64,000 bases of DNA, taken from assembly GCF_009834535.1 (NCBI RefSeq), contig NC_045707.1, forward strand, positions 60,452,001-60,516,000, written 5' to 3'. Under the pieces are notes generated by a model. That model ran no database searches and was not told where the DNA came from. It saw only the letters and a program-made list of their open reading frames with translations. Positions 13,829 to 26,759 of this stretch are shown piece after piece. Source of the stretch: Camelus ferus. Its lineage: Eukaryota. The position numbers and the translations under genes were made by a program. Positions within the stretch are counted from its first letter, which is position 1. Each line of letters opens with the position of its first letter.

Positions 13829-13944
13829 AACTACCACAATCAGCTGGGAGTCCTAACTGCAAATAACAGAAAACCCATCTCAAAGTGGAATAAACATCAG
13901 TGGAAACTCCTTTGCTCCCAAAATGAGGAGTTTGTTCAGAGCTG

Positions 13945-14022
13945 TCTCTCTCTCTCTCTCTCTCTCCCCCCACCCCCCCCCCACCCCCCTCTCTCTCCCC
14001 CCCTCTGTTCCTCTCTCCCTCT
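13945..14022 (+). repeat. (TC)n / poly-C pyrimidine tract
   Basis: Directly visible. Confidence 0.85.
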
Positions 14023-16782
14023 CTGTGCTGAATCATCCTCAGGCTGGCTTCCTACCAGCAAAGTGACTGTAGCAACTCTAGGCCTCATGTACGCACACAG
14101 CACCTTCCCGGAGAGCAGGGTCCGATCTCAGCACCCAGCAGAGCTGGTCACATGACCACCACTCCCAGGAGTCCAGGAGTGGGAAGGCCTTGATTGGCCC
14201 CAGTGCTCCACCCCAAATCAGGGCTATGGAGGCACTTCCCTAAAAGCACATGGACCCCCAAATAGTAACCCTGCACCTCTGGGAAAAGAGGAATAGATGC
14301 TGGAGAGGCAACCATGAAAACATGAAAATCTACTACAAAAGTCAGGGAAGCTTTTGTGAGCTTTTAAAAGAAATTGAAGAGAAAAGAATATAATTAAGAA
14401 TGCCAACGAAATGAGTCAGAAGCACAGGCAGGGTGGACATGCTCGGGAAGGGCTGGAGGACCACTTGTTCCTCTGAGGTCAGGGACAGCAAGCGTAAACA
14501 CGGGAGAAAATACGAGTGAATAGAGGCAAAGTGCAGGAGGGCTGAGGCACTGCTGGCCGGTGGTCGGGAATTCAAATGAAGGAGAAGGTGATGTCACCAA
14601 TGGAAAATAATGGAGAAAAGTGAAATAGGGCATTGCAGGGGTTAAGATGGATGAAATGGACTGACTTGGTGGTTAAGGCTAATGGTATTCTTCATATTAG
14701 TAGAGCTAGAAAAACTCTGCTGTAATAAGGAAACATAAGCAGAGCTAGAAAAGCAAGAAAGCTCTGATAGAAAAGAAAACCTGAAGAGTGCTGGAACAGG
14801 AGATAATAGAACTGAAGGGAAATGGTACTCACTAAAGAAAAGGTTAAGAAATAATGCAGGTTATAAGAAAGTGGACTTTGAAGCAGCTTTTTAAAAAAAG
14901 CAACCATGGCAAATATCAAGAAAAAGACACACTAATCTACTTTTCAAAATGTAAGCATATATAACTTATTTTCTCTGCCAGAAAATGTATCACAGAGTTT
15001 TAGGGTTGAGTATGAGTAATTTTTAATTCCTACCACTGCTGCTAAATCTTGGCTAAGAAATAAGGCGGGAACAGCTGCTTCTTTTTTTTATTATTAAGCA
15101 TGTAGATTAGCAAAATGAGAATTTATTTTTTCCTTTATTTAACATATAGTAAAAGATTTCTCTCCATCTAGCTGGCTGCTGGGAAGGAATCCTTGACCTA
15201 AAATAAAACAAAGGAGCCCTGTGTTTAATTCACATTCATCTGGTCCAGAGTTTTGTTAAGAAAAAGTAGCGTGAAATAAAGAGAATAAAAATATTTGAAA
15301 AATCTGGCCTTGGAGCACAAGGTCATGAAGAAAGGCAACCTTGGTTCAACTTGCCTTAGGACAGTGACCTTGACAAAGGGCTTTGATTCAAAATTGGTTA
15401 ATGGGTTCCAGAGACTGAAGGAGCTGTTATAAGGACAGTGTGCATTTCTTAGGAAAAAGAAACATCCTGCTGGACACATTTAACCTTCAACTTTGCCTCT
15501 TAGAATATAAGTTCGAAGGGGTCAAACAGACTAGGACCCTATGGAATTAAGAAAAGCTTATTCTTCTTCATGAGGGAAAATTTCTCCCACTAGATTTTTC
15601 CCAAGGCACACAATTTACTTTCTACTGGCAGGCTCTTAATTAATTGTTTTGGAAAATACTTACTACTTTCTTATCACCAAACCTTTCAGTAAGCAACATA
15701 AGATGAATGCTCAGCAAAGCCCCGTTTCTATTTCTTTCTCAGGGCAGAGGAGGACATCAAGATATCCTTGTTTAACATAACAATCATCATTTCTTGAGTG
15801 TTTCCCATGTGCTGGGTGCTATAGTTGGATTTTACATACATCATCTGATTTAATCTTCCCAACTATCCTGCAAGGTGTGTGATATCATCATTTTATAGAT
15901 AAAGAAACAGATGTAAAGAAGTGAAGTAATAGGTCAAGCTCACAGAGCTGGTAGGCGTCCGCGCTGTATGTTGAAACGACGTCTGTTTGATTCCAAAGCT
16001 CACGCTGTTTCTTTTGCACCGCTCTGTCCAAATAAACTGAAAGAATTTCTTAACATTTATAATGAAAAGAGACAACAGTTTAAAGAGAAATAAGATACTT
16101 TAAAAATGTTGATAATTAAATACAAATACAGATATAGTCAAAATCAAATGTTGTATGTTATCCCCAGACTCACTGTAAAATATACACAAATACACAGAGG
16201 GACAGATAGCAGAAACACTTGTAGGTCAGAAGCAAGCCCAACTCCAAATGATAGGATGTGGTTGTGGAATTTAGGGACAACATGAACATGTCAGAAAGCA
16301 AACAGGTCAGGTTCTGGAGGCATCAAGAACCCAACAGCAGGAGAGAACAGACAATGGTTTGCTGAAAACCAGTGTGGTAGCAAAATTCACTGATAGCTTC
16401 ATTCAGTAGAAACACAACATAAACCAATGTAAGAAAAAAAAAAGTAACTGTAAGCAGCAGAGCTAAAGTGAATGTAGACTCTGAAGGGCAGAATTTCCTT
16501 GTCAGCCCCAGGAGTCAAGCCACTCTGACATTAGCTGATGTCATGAAAATACGGACTGCCCATATTTAGCAAAGCTCACAGCAGGTGGGAATGCTTCCAG
16601 ACTCCTGCCACACTATCAGGAGATGTCAATCACCACTCTGTGTTTTCGCTAAGTACTTGGTGGACAGAGAATAAGGCTGCTCTTATAATGGGTTTATCCT
16701 GGATTGGCCCCAGAATATAAAATAAAACAATAATAATATTATAAGCCACTTCTGTAGTTTGTCATGCAGATATACACCAGGG

Positions 16783-16988
16783 CAGTGGCTGTCAACCAAA
16801 GCCCTCTGTCCCCCTCCCCCGAGAAGGCATGTGGCAGTGTCTGGAGACTTTTTGATTGTTACAATGTGGAGGGAGGGGTGCTACTCGCATCTGGTGGGCG
16901 GAGGCATCCTACAAAGCACAAAACAGGCCCCCATAACTAGGAATTACCCAACCCCAAACGTCTGTAGTGTGGAGGCTGAGAAGCTCTG
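16783..16988. mobile_element. MER20 (hAT-Charlie)
   Basis: CAGTGGCTGTCAACC...GGCAGTGTCTGGAGACTTTTTGATTGT...GGCTGAGAAGCTCTG. Confidence 0.8.
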
Positions 16989-17370
16989 CACTGAAGAAGG
17001 CTACCGCATCTGTGGCCTGAGGGAGAGCCTAGGCACAGCCCTTTTTGAAAAGCTCCCCACTCTCTCAAATATCAATTGTCAGGGATCATCGCTTCTGGCA
17101 CAGAGGTCATCAGTAGGTCTACAATATGAACCCGAGAGAGATAGCATTGTTTATTTTTCTTTTCATCTAAAACAATAAATCAGACTGTAGCTCAGGTATT
17201 GCGTACCCTGGACTGTCACTGCCGTTCCTGGGCTTTTCTGACATCAACAAACTTAACCCCAGGCCCTTTGGCGCCCCGTTTCTGGCTGGCTTGGTCACTT
17301 TGCTCCAGCCCCCACCCCCGCTGCAGCGGTGGTGGGAAAAGCAAAACACTTGGGTAATGAGGCGTTTTTG

Positions 17371-17378
17371 TAACGTCA
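17371..17378 (+). promoter_or_regulatory. CRE-like element TAACGTCA
   Basis: One mismatch to the CRE TGACGTCA, ~660 nt upstream of the inferred TSS. Confidence 0.6.
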
Positions 17379-17439
17379 TTTATTTAGTCTAGATGAGAAA
17401 TTTTGCTCTTTAAGAACAGGAAGGTTGCGGATTCCCAGA

Positions 17440-18900
17440 AGCTGGAAATCGGGCCAGAGACTATTTGTCCACTGGGGAAGTTAATCACGTCGAGTTTACT
17501 TATAAGGATAAGGCAAGGGAGGGGTGGTGGAAACCCCCGACTTGGCCGATTTTCTAGTGCTGGAGCCCCCTCGACCTTGGAGTGTCCCCTCCTGAAGGAG
17601 AACTGGCGCCCGCGGTAGGAAGGGCACGTCGCATGGCGGCGGAGGCTGCTTCCCAGCGGGACAGCCCCGCCGTCCCGCCTCCCTGCAGGGTGAGGAAGTC
17701 ACCTTTCCCAAATCCTAGTCACTAGTAGAAACCGCCGCCTACTGTCACGAGGCAGAGTAATTAGAGGAGTAAAGCGGGCGGGAGCGGTCCCGGGACGTGG
17801 GAAGATGCCGGCCGGGCGGGAAGCCGCAGGAAGAGGCGGGATTCTGCCTTTTGTCTCTCGGTCCTTACCCGGAGCCCGGCGGCGACCAGCGATCCCGCCA
17901 GACGTTCCCCCGCGCTCCCAGCGGGTCCGGGAATCCGCCAGGCGCGCCGGGGCGGGGCGCGGCGGAGTGGGGGCGGGGCGCACGGGCCACGCCCACAGGG
18001 GCTTTAATAGGGGCGGGCGCGCGGGGCGCTGCGGCTCCCAGACTCCTGCTGCGCTTTCTCGCGTCCTCGCTAGCTCTGCTCGCGGTGCGTGGTCCAGCTT
18101 CGATTAGAGTGAGTAGCGGAGGTGGGGGCATCGTCGCCAACCCCGGGGGTGAGGGGTTCCCACAGCCTCCCGGGATTCTCAGGCTGCCTTGCCGGCGCCC
18201 TTCTCATCTCCGACGTCCCCATCGCGGTCCCCATTCGGACCCCCAGCCATCCTCCTCACGCCCGCGCCCCGATCCCCGCCAGGCGCCTCCACACACCTGC
18301 CCAGCTCCGCGTGGCCGCCCCAGCCCTGCTCTCAGATCTCGGGTACGCTGGGCAGAGAAATAACCTCCTTACCGGTTTCTTTGGGAGAGAGAGGTGGGGT
18401 CGAGGGTTTCGGGTGGCTGCTAATCCGCCTTTTAGTAGCCTTGGGCCCCCTCCTCCAGGGGCGCGTTCTCTCTTCGCAGAGGCGGTGGTGGGGGCGGGAT
18501 CCGAGTCTCGGGGTCTCTGGTGCCCCCCGCCGAGGGCGACCTTCCCAGGGGGCTGATTCGTAGCCCTGCAGGTAAGGTGGGGGCTCCCACAGCCCGCCGA
18601 ACGCAAAATCCTTCCCTTATTGCGGTGCGGAGCTCCTGGTACCCCTATTGTTTGGTGGTCTCTGCCCACCGAGCACCAAACCTTAAATGTTGAAGAAACA
18701 GCAGTGAAACGTCATATTGATCACTCCCAGCGTTTTCCGGAACTTTCTACCATTCAGGTACCAACCGGGAAAGCAAGAATGTTTGGTCGTAAATTCTGCA
18801 ACAGGTCCTGAAAATCACATCCTCTGTTCCAAAGCTCCACGTAGGCAGCCCCCGGGGCGAGGGAGGGGGGTTTTCTGAGTCGGGAGACACCCACGTCCGC
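17440..18900. promoter_or_regulatory. CSRP2: CpG island / CSRP2 promoter
   Basis: Very GC- and CpG-dense stretch with GC boxes (GGGGCGGGGC at 17948 and ~17971) and a TATA-like TTTAATA at 18003-18009. It lies upstream of the first coding exon. Edges approximate. Confidence 0.9.
18035..18108 (+). other. CSRP2: CSRP2 non-coding exon 1 (start approximate)
   Basis: Ends TTAGA|GTGAGT (donor GT 18109-18110). The CTCGCTAGCTC..GCGGT segment resembles the human CSRP2 5'UTR as I recall it. TSS inferred ~30 nt after the TATA-like motif. Confidence 0.7.
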
Positions 18901-21900
18901 CCCACCCCCACCTTCCCCCCAGCCAGGACGTTTGTTGAACGCTATTTGTTTAAATGGTTATCCAAGATGTTTTAACTTGTTTTATTAGCAGTCTGCAGAC
19001 CAAGCACATTTTAATTTTATAAACGCTTTTTATTTTAGGTAGTTTTTTAAACTCGGGCATTAAAAATGGTCTCTTAAGTTCTTTTTCTTTTTTTTTTTAG
19101 TTCTTAACTTTTCTAATTAAGCTGTTTTAAAGCTCTACTTTAAAGCTCTACTCGAGTAGAGCAGCCACGAAGTTGGCTATAATTTGACTTAAATTTTCAG
19201 GAAAGAGATGAGCAATAGATTATAAAAGGGTGAATTTCACATACTTTAAAAACTGCATACCAAACTAGAACCGATTTTATGATGTCCTCTGCGGTCTCCC
19301 CCTACTGTCTCCTTGCTCATTGCCCTCTCAAATTGATTGCCCCCGAATATTTATCAATATTTCTCAAAGCTCTTTCTCCTCTGGATTCTAGTTTCCTTTG
19401 CTCTTTCAGAGTGAAGTTAGGTAGAGGCTGCATCCCGTGCGGTCTCCGGAACTAAAAAGTGCTTGGCTTAGGTTGGACCAGAGCCAATATGGGCTCAGTG
19501 AATGAAGGGATGAGTAAGGTTGCAATTGTAGAGCACACAGATTTAATTGGACTCAGGCATTAGATACATTAGCAGATTTGCTCCAGGGTTTCTATTGTGA
19601 GTTTTTTTAACGGATTCCTCCAAGCGTATTCACAAATATTGATAGTACTATATGCTAAATACTGGGCTGAAAGCAGTAGTCACTGGAGGTTTGTCCTGAT
19701 GAAACTGCCAAATCACTTGGATTTTGAGGAAGTTGTATTTTATACTAAAACAGTAAGAACCATGGCATAGAGTAGAGGGGGCAGTAATAAATGAGGAGCT
19801 CTAGAAGCCTGGGTCCAGCTTCAATGCCGCCACTAAATGTGGCGATCTGGGCCTCTTATTTTTCTTCTCTGTCAAAAATTAGGTCAATCAGATGAGCGGG
19901 GGAGAGCAAGCCCACTGTGGGAGAGGAGGCATAGCATGGTGAGGAGGACAGGACTGGCCAGTTGAGGCCAAATCCACATCCCAGTTTCAGCACCCACTTG
20001 TTTGGATGACCTCAGGCAAGCTCTTTTCCTCTCTGGCCTCGATTACTTCACCTTGTAAAATGGATGTAACAGCACATACCTTGCAGGGGTTCTTGGAAGG
20101 CATGCTGTTCCTTGCAGGAAGCCCAGCGCAGCTTGAGAGAGGTTCTTTGTAATGAGACTCCGTTCTGCACTTGGTTGAACATAGGGAGAAATGGCTATTA
20201 ATGAAAGGCTCCTCCAGGAGGGGAGCGCTGACTCAGACTGAACAGTATTGCCCACTTTCCCCCCTTTGCAGAAGAAGTTCACAGGTTTCTTCAATTGTAT
20301 CATTTCTGGGGCTGGTATTTGCATGGCATCCCCTGTCTTCTATTAGATGGGGGAGATTCCTACACTTGGATTACCTAGGATGGTGATCCCTAACTTTTTT
20401 GTGTCGTGGAACTTTCTGGCAGTCTGGCAAAGCTGTTTTTAAGTGCATAAAAAAGTACAGGGTACCCAGTTCACCAATGCCCAGAATTTCAAGGAATCTG
20501 TGGACCCCGGGTTAAGACTCCTGACTTAGGGGAGTATTCTCAAACTGGATGGTGGAGGAGCCAGGCACAAGTTCTGACTGTTGAAAAGAAAACTTAAATT
20601 TTAGCATAAGTCTTAGAGGAAGAACCGAAAGACGTATAAAATATACTGTAACTCATTTGCAAAGGACATCAGGTTCCTTGCTGTTCTGTTCACCAACTCA
20701 TTGTGCCAAACAGTACCTTGACCGAGAAGGAGAGGACACACCTTGTGGTACATTAGGGCCTTACGACTTCCCAGTTCACCATGGGAAAGAAGGTTTCGTG
20801 GTGGCGCCTCTTCCAAAAGAGAAAAGTTGGAGAGAGGATCAAAATACCTAATTTAAGAACTGCTGGAGCGGTTAGTCACTACTACGTCTGTGCTGCTAGC
20901 AGTGGTTTAGTTTTAGTGAAACATCAGTCAAATAAACTCAATACAGTCCATTTGAATTTTCATTGGTATTTTTAAGTGGAATTGGTAATTTTGTTTCCGT
21001 TTCACAGTTATGAGCTGCTTAATGTATCTGTACCACAGCTTTCTCACCCATACAGTGAGGATAATGGTTAATGCCTACCTCAGTTGTTACAAGGATTAGG
21101 TAAGTTAATATAAGTGAACTACTTAACATAAGTATAGTCAGCTTTATATATGTATTTCTAGTTACTGTTACTTACCGTGTGGCGGGCAGTATTCTAAGTG
21201 CTTTACGTATATTGTTCAGTCTCAAAACTGCCTTATGATATAAAACCTTTTTAAAAAGAGAAAACGAGCAGATCAAGTTGCCAGCCTAAGACCATTTGGC
21301 AAATAAACAGGTGTCTTAGCATAGAAATCTCAGTCTGACTCCATGGAAAAATCACACAAGCATTAGATTGTTTGAATAATTAAATATCTTGTAGTTTGCA
21401 CAGACTGGATTGCCGCGGCAGATGCTGGAGGCCAGGGTGACCGAGTTGCTAGCACAGTTGTGTTCCAATTACAGTGTGTGATTTGGCAGGTAGTCTCCAA
21501 AGCTCCGTCAAGGATTCTGCTGACCTCCAAGTTGAAGACAAGAGTGGTAACAGACACAGAACTTGTAACAAACGGTGAGGCTGATCTGAGCACAGCAGCG
21601 CTTACAAGATAGAAGGGAGGTGGCCCTCGGTAAGAACATAGATTTTGGTCAGCAGAGAGGGCTGGTAGAGTGCTTTTTCTTTGAAAGTAGCAATCTGGGT
21701 GTGAGATGAGCGAATAGAGGACACTTGCTGACTGCTAGTTGGATGGATGGAGAGTGGGCAGAGAGGAAGGTGTTCCTGTGTGTAAGTGACTTGATATTCT
21801 CAAGGACTGATCACTCTCAGGTGGTTTGAATGTCCCCAACCCTTAACTCAGATATGGGAGTTTGGGGGACAGCTTATGGTCCTGGAGTTAAACATGAATG

Positions 21901-24900
21901 GTTGAGCCTAGATTTGCATCTTGGGAGGTCAGTGACCTGAGCAAGTCGCTTAATTTAACACTGCCTGTTTGGTAACCATATTCAGAACCACCGGGGCTCT
22001 TGCAGGAAAAGGAAGCCAGCGTTTGTGGAGGCCAGGCTCTCTGCCAGGTACTTTACGAATGTTATCTCGTTAAATCCTTACAACCATCCACTGAGAGGGT
22101 TCTCGTCATCCATCTCCAAGTTACAGCTGAAGAAGCTGAGGCTCAAAGATTAAGGAGCTTGGCCGAGATCACAGAGCTGATAACTGACTTTCAGACTGAT
22201 GTCTGTCTAATTCTAAGCTCCACACTCTTTCTTTGTTCCCAGGACTGTCTTAGAGGCGGCATGTGCACTGCACTTTCTATGAAGGACGTTATTAATCACA
22301 ATAATGTTTAAAGCAGAACCTTGACTGAACTCTGGAATCTTTTCCAACATAGTTCCAGGAACCCACTGTCGGTCAGTCAACAAGATGAAGCTGTTTTGAC
22401 ATCCCTATATAAATAGACCATACAGACTCCCCAAAGCCCTTTCTACGTGCTTCTGTGGTACGGGCTGTATTATATCGCCATTGTTTGTTGACCTATTTCT
22501 ACCACCAAAGTAGAACTCCCGGAGAAACGGTGAGCCTTCTTTTACCCTTTTATCCTCAGCTCCTCACCCAAGATGTGGCTTATAAAATGCTGAATTCATA
22601 TATTTATAGGAGAGCTTCATAAACAGTCCAGTGTTACTCAGTGTTTATTAGCTGCTCCTACCCTGGGGAGAATTACTCGAGATTGGGAAATGAAGCCAGG
22701 AGTTTAGCTGGGGAAGGAAGGAGGGAGGTACGTCAGTTTTCCTGATGTGGAGGGATGAGGGCGGGATGGAGGGATGGATGGACTCTGAGATGGGCAGGAG
22801 AAGGTGAGTGTTGAAAACAAAGACTGAACATTGCTAAATATTGCTGATAAAAGCTACTGATAATTAGAGTGCTGACTGTAAGCATTTTTCTCATCTCATT
22901 CTCTTCACAACTCTGTAAGAAAGGTACCGTTATCCTCATTTTACGTATGAAAAGTGAGACTGTATTGACTCCAAAATCCATGTTTCCACTGAGGCTGAGC
23001 TGTCTTAAAGGCCAGCTTAAAGACTTGGCTTTGGTAGAAGGAGCCAAACAGGACATGGAGCCCATCACTAAGACACAGAGAGTCTGTCCTTGCTCAGCAG
23101 TGCTCACTCAGAAAACGGAAGTAGACTAAGCAGATAGTTTGGGTTGCAGAAGAAAAAAAGGTTTAGGATGGCCATTGGGTAAAGATTAACTTCCAGTTAA
23201 TTATAGCTCTCAGACTCGGGCCTCTTTACAAGTCATTGTAATTGGGGACAATGCTATTCACTTACATATTCTCGTAACAAGTGACTCCCCCTCTGGATGT
23301 GGCTCAAGATGAAACTGGTTTATAGTAGATTCTTCTTTTGGGAAATTAGATTATAGTCAGGTTCCAGTATCATAACAAAGCCCTGTGTGTAGTCATAAAA
23401 TGTCAAAGCTTCTGGAAGCATTTAGAATCTGGGTTTATAGATGAATTCACTCCAAACCTCTGGTATCAGAGCGATTAACTTTAATGGCAAGTGGCGACAC
23501 GTAGACTTGAAATTCATGGATTTGAGTCACTCAGATGCTAAGCGAAGGCAGTACACGCAGCACCGGTGGCGAGAATGATCCCTGTGGTCGTTTTGTGTTC
23601 TCGTCGGTTGTCCAGAGAACGAGCTAACTTTACCACAAGGTGACTCAGATTTAGACTATAGTCATTTTCTTCCAGGGCTAAGTCTTAGGAATGCCGGGTG
23701 GTGTCTCAGACTAGGGAGAAGCAGCAAAAAGCAACTGCACATAGGTGTGGCGATGTCAACCAAGCTTTTTAATCTAACACAGTGAGTGGATAAATCCTAG
23801 TGCTGGAGCTCTTTCAGGCATTGAAAACCAAAGAACAAGACGAAGCTGAACAAGCCCAGGGTTGGCCTCTTTTAAGAGGTGTGTGTAACGTGGGATTTTA
23901 TTTCTCCTCTTGCTATTCTGTAAATTAACGCATAGAGTTGGGGAAGGCGTGCAGCCCAGATTGCTCTGTGCACATCCAGTCTGCTGTGATTAGTGTCAGC
24001 TGTTGTGGAGTAGAGCCGCCAAGGGCTTGTAGGAAACATGATGCCTCGGTTTTGGGTTTATATATATGCATACATATATATGCACACACGCGCATAGCAA
24101 TGCCAAGAGTGACAGAAATGGAAGATGGTCCCATTCCCCCTGCCAAATCCAGCAAACATCCACAGGGGTTCACCCTGAAAGTGTAAATTTGAACTTCATG
24201 TCTTAGTCACCACAAGTGGAACTGTCGTCGTGCTTGCAGCAAGCTGTAATGTCCCAGGAAAAGGTTTATGAGTGACTGATGAGCCCTTTTTTCTCTATTC
24301 TGTCTGTTGCTCTGAGCTGGTCTGGGGTACTGACAGCCAGCTGGACAGTACGAGATGCCCCCTCCATCTTCAAGCTACTGGTACCTGGATGTCTGCCAAG
24401 GCGTTTGTTTACCTTGGTTTATCCTCACAATGTCTCTGTGAGGTAGAGAGAGCTACCTTTCTCCCGTTTTTGTTTTTTTTAATTTTTTTCCAGATAAGCA
24501 AAGCCCAAGGTTGTACAACTGTTACAATAGTGGTTAACCCAGATCTATCTAAACCAATCTCTCTTCCTTCCTCTCTCCCTCCCTTCCGTCCCTTCCATTA
24601 TGAAATATTTCAGACATACAAAATAGAGCATCATGTAAGGAACATCCAATTACCCACTGTCCAGCTTAAAAAATTCAACATAAATCCACTGAAGCTTTCT
24701 GAGGATGCTCTGTTACCCCACCAGCCTGGGCCACCGAAGGGGTTATTCAGAAATCCTTAGGAAAGCCTATAAGCTGAGTGGAACTTGTGAAAAGTTTAAT
24801 GACTTGGAAATTTTACTGAGAATCCAAGAATGTGACAAAGAGTGTAAGGCGGTGCTACCTTTGTCTTCATAAGCATAAGATTGAACTGGGAATTTTCATA

Positions 24901-25462
24901 GCTGGAAAAGGAAGGATTCTTTAAAACAAAAGACAATATTTTGACAGATGCCAAGTACTCTGGTGGATGGTGTGGGGGAAGACAGAGCTGTGGTCCCCAC
25001 CCTCGGGGGGAAGAAGCTTTTAACATAGTGAGCTGAATGCTGTTGAACTTGGATACGTATTTCCCAAAAAGATGACATGATCCACGTTTGGCTGGTGTGG
25101 CCTGTACAATAGGAGTTAGACTTGACGTAAAAGAAGTGAATTTAAGTAACCCTATTTTACATAAAGAAAGGGAAGATAGCCTTCCTTTTTTAAAAGTCCA
25201 AGCTGCTCTACAATAGAGAGTGAAGTGATGAGTTAGCTTTTTTTTTTAAAATGTATTTTTAAATGTTATTCAAAGACAATCCAGGATAGCGTTAGTCTTG
25301 TTAGAAATCTGGCTCCTTATTGGTGATTGCTCCCAAGTAAATATGTGAAAATGTAAGGTACCAGGTTCGGGGTATGATGACACTTTCTGATGGGAAATGC
25401 CTTCAGTTCTGGATGGTCTTAATGGTGTAGAATGGGCGGTGCGATGGGAATTTTCTCTGCCC

Positions 25463-25472
25463 CCTTTTAAGG
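25463..25472. promoter_or_regulatory. CArG box (SRF site) in CSRP2 intron 1
   Basis: CCTTTTAAGG matches CC(A/T)6GG. Confidence 0.5.
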
Positions 25473-26647
25473 ACTGAAGGCTCTTCAGTCTTTTGCTTGG
25501 CAGCCATCCTTGTCCCTTCTTTTTCTAGCCAGATTTGAGTAAGCAAGGAGGTCTCACCCTTCTTAAACATCTGTTTCCTGGAGAGGCAAGCAGCTCACGG
25601 GAGGAGGCGTCATAGGCAAAGGCTGCGAACACCACTCACTGCAGGGAAGTCTGAACGTGACGGTGGGGACGAAAGGAATTCTTTCACTGTTTCCAGATAC
25701 CACTCAGGGCAGGGCAGACATAACACACCGTCTTTGCAGGACAACTTGCTGTACTGGCAAAGGCCTGTGAGCACGTCAGCCATTCACAATGAGGCATTTT
25801 AAACTGGTTCAGATAGACGGGTTCCTTGAGGAGATTAGAACCTGCTGGCCCCATGTCATAGCAAGATGGCTCACGATGTAAACCTCCAGCTCCACCACCT
25901 CATCGGGCCACGTTGCTTAGGGGTTATTCAGACACACTCAACAAACAGTTCACTTTGCCAGGAAGGGAACTTGGTAGCATATTCCGTGTGGACCGACGGG
26001 CCTACCAAAGAGGGAACACCAACTGTTGGTGGGGCTGGAGGACTCTGGGATTAGGGAAGCACGGAAACTGAAATGGCAGACATCTGGGTGGGTGTCTGTT
26101 GTGGTTACAGCAAGGCTCCATGCATGCGGCTGTTCTAGCCAGGGAAGCAACTATTTCCGCGATCCCCTGGCATAACTCTCAGATAAAACTAAAACTTTAT
26201 CTTGCTGGGCAATCCAACACGTTCCTCCTCCCTAGAAAGTGTGTCCTAGCTGTGTATGTTAAATGATAAGAATTTGCTGGTGTTACGATGAATTAAATAT
26301 GTGATCAAAACCTCCACCCAAGTGTAAGTTCTTCGCTGAGTGTGAGGGGCAGCGTTTGCCTCTCCACCCCCCACACTTCCTTCTTAACTCCCGTGGATTC
26401 GAGCAGCACAGTTGTTTTGTGCCTGGCGACCTGCACGGTTCTAGTGCGCACGACCAGCCGGTTTCCTAAGGAAAGAGCTGTGATCTGGGAGGTGAGAGCA
26501 GGTTCTTTGAAGGCTTGCGGGCCATTTGGAGATGCAGCAGGAGGGCAGGTTAAAAAGAATCCAGCGCCGTCTTTAAACAGCTCTCCAGGACCTTGGGAGG
26601 CACTCCTCAGCTGGGCTCACGTTCTCATGCTCCTCTCTTCCCTCAGG

Positions 26648-26759
26648 ATGCCCGTCTGGGGAGGTGGAAACAAGTGCGGGGCCTGCGGGAGGACCGTGTA
26701 CCACGCGGAGGAGGTGCAGTGTGATGGCCGCAGCTTCCACCGCTGCTGCTTCCTGTGCA
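26648..26759 (+). CDS. CSRP2: CSRP2 coding exon (exon 2), aa 1-37 [37 protein letters not shown]
   Basis: Acceptor ...cctcag|G then ATG at 26648; donor A|GTAAGT; 112 coding nt; N-terminal part of LIM1. Confidence 0.98.

Noticed and set aside
14300..14950. Purine-rich stretch with repeated AGAGCTAGAAAA
   Set aside because: No ORF or family I can recognise; probably a decayed repeat.
17496..18669. Many overlapping 70-190 aa ORFs rich in G/P/R/A
   Set aside because: Expected from stop-codon scarcity in a CpG island; mostly GTG/TTG starts and no recognisable domain.
24059..24096. Alternating purine-pyrimidine run (Z-DNA candidate)
   Set aside because: Mostly AT steps, which form Z-DNA poorly; simple microsatellite decay.
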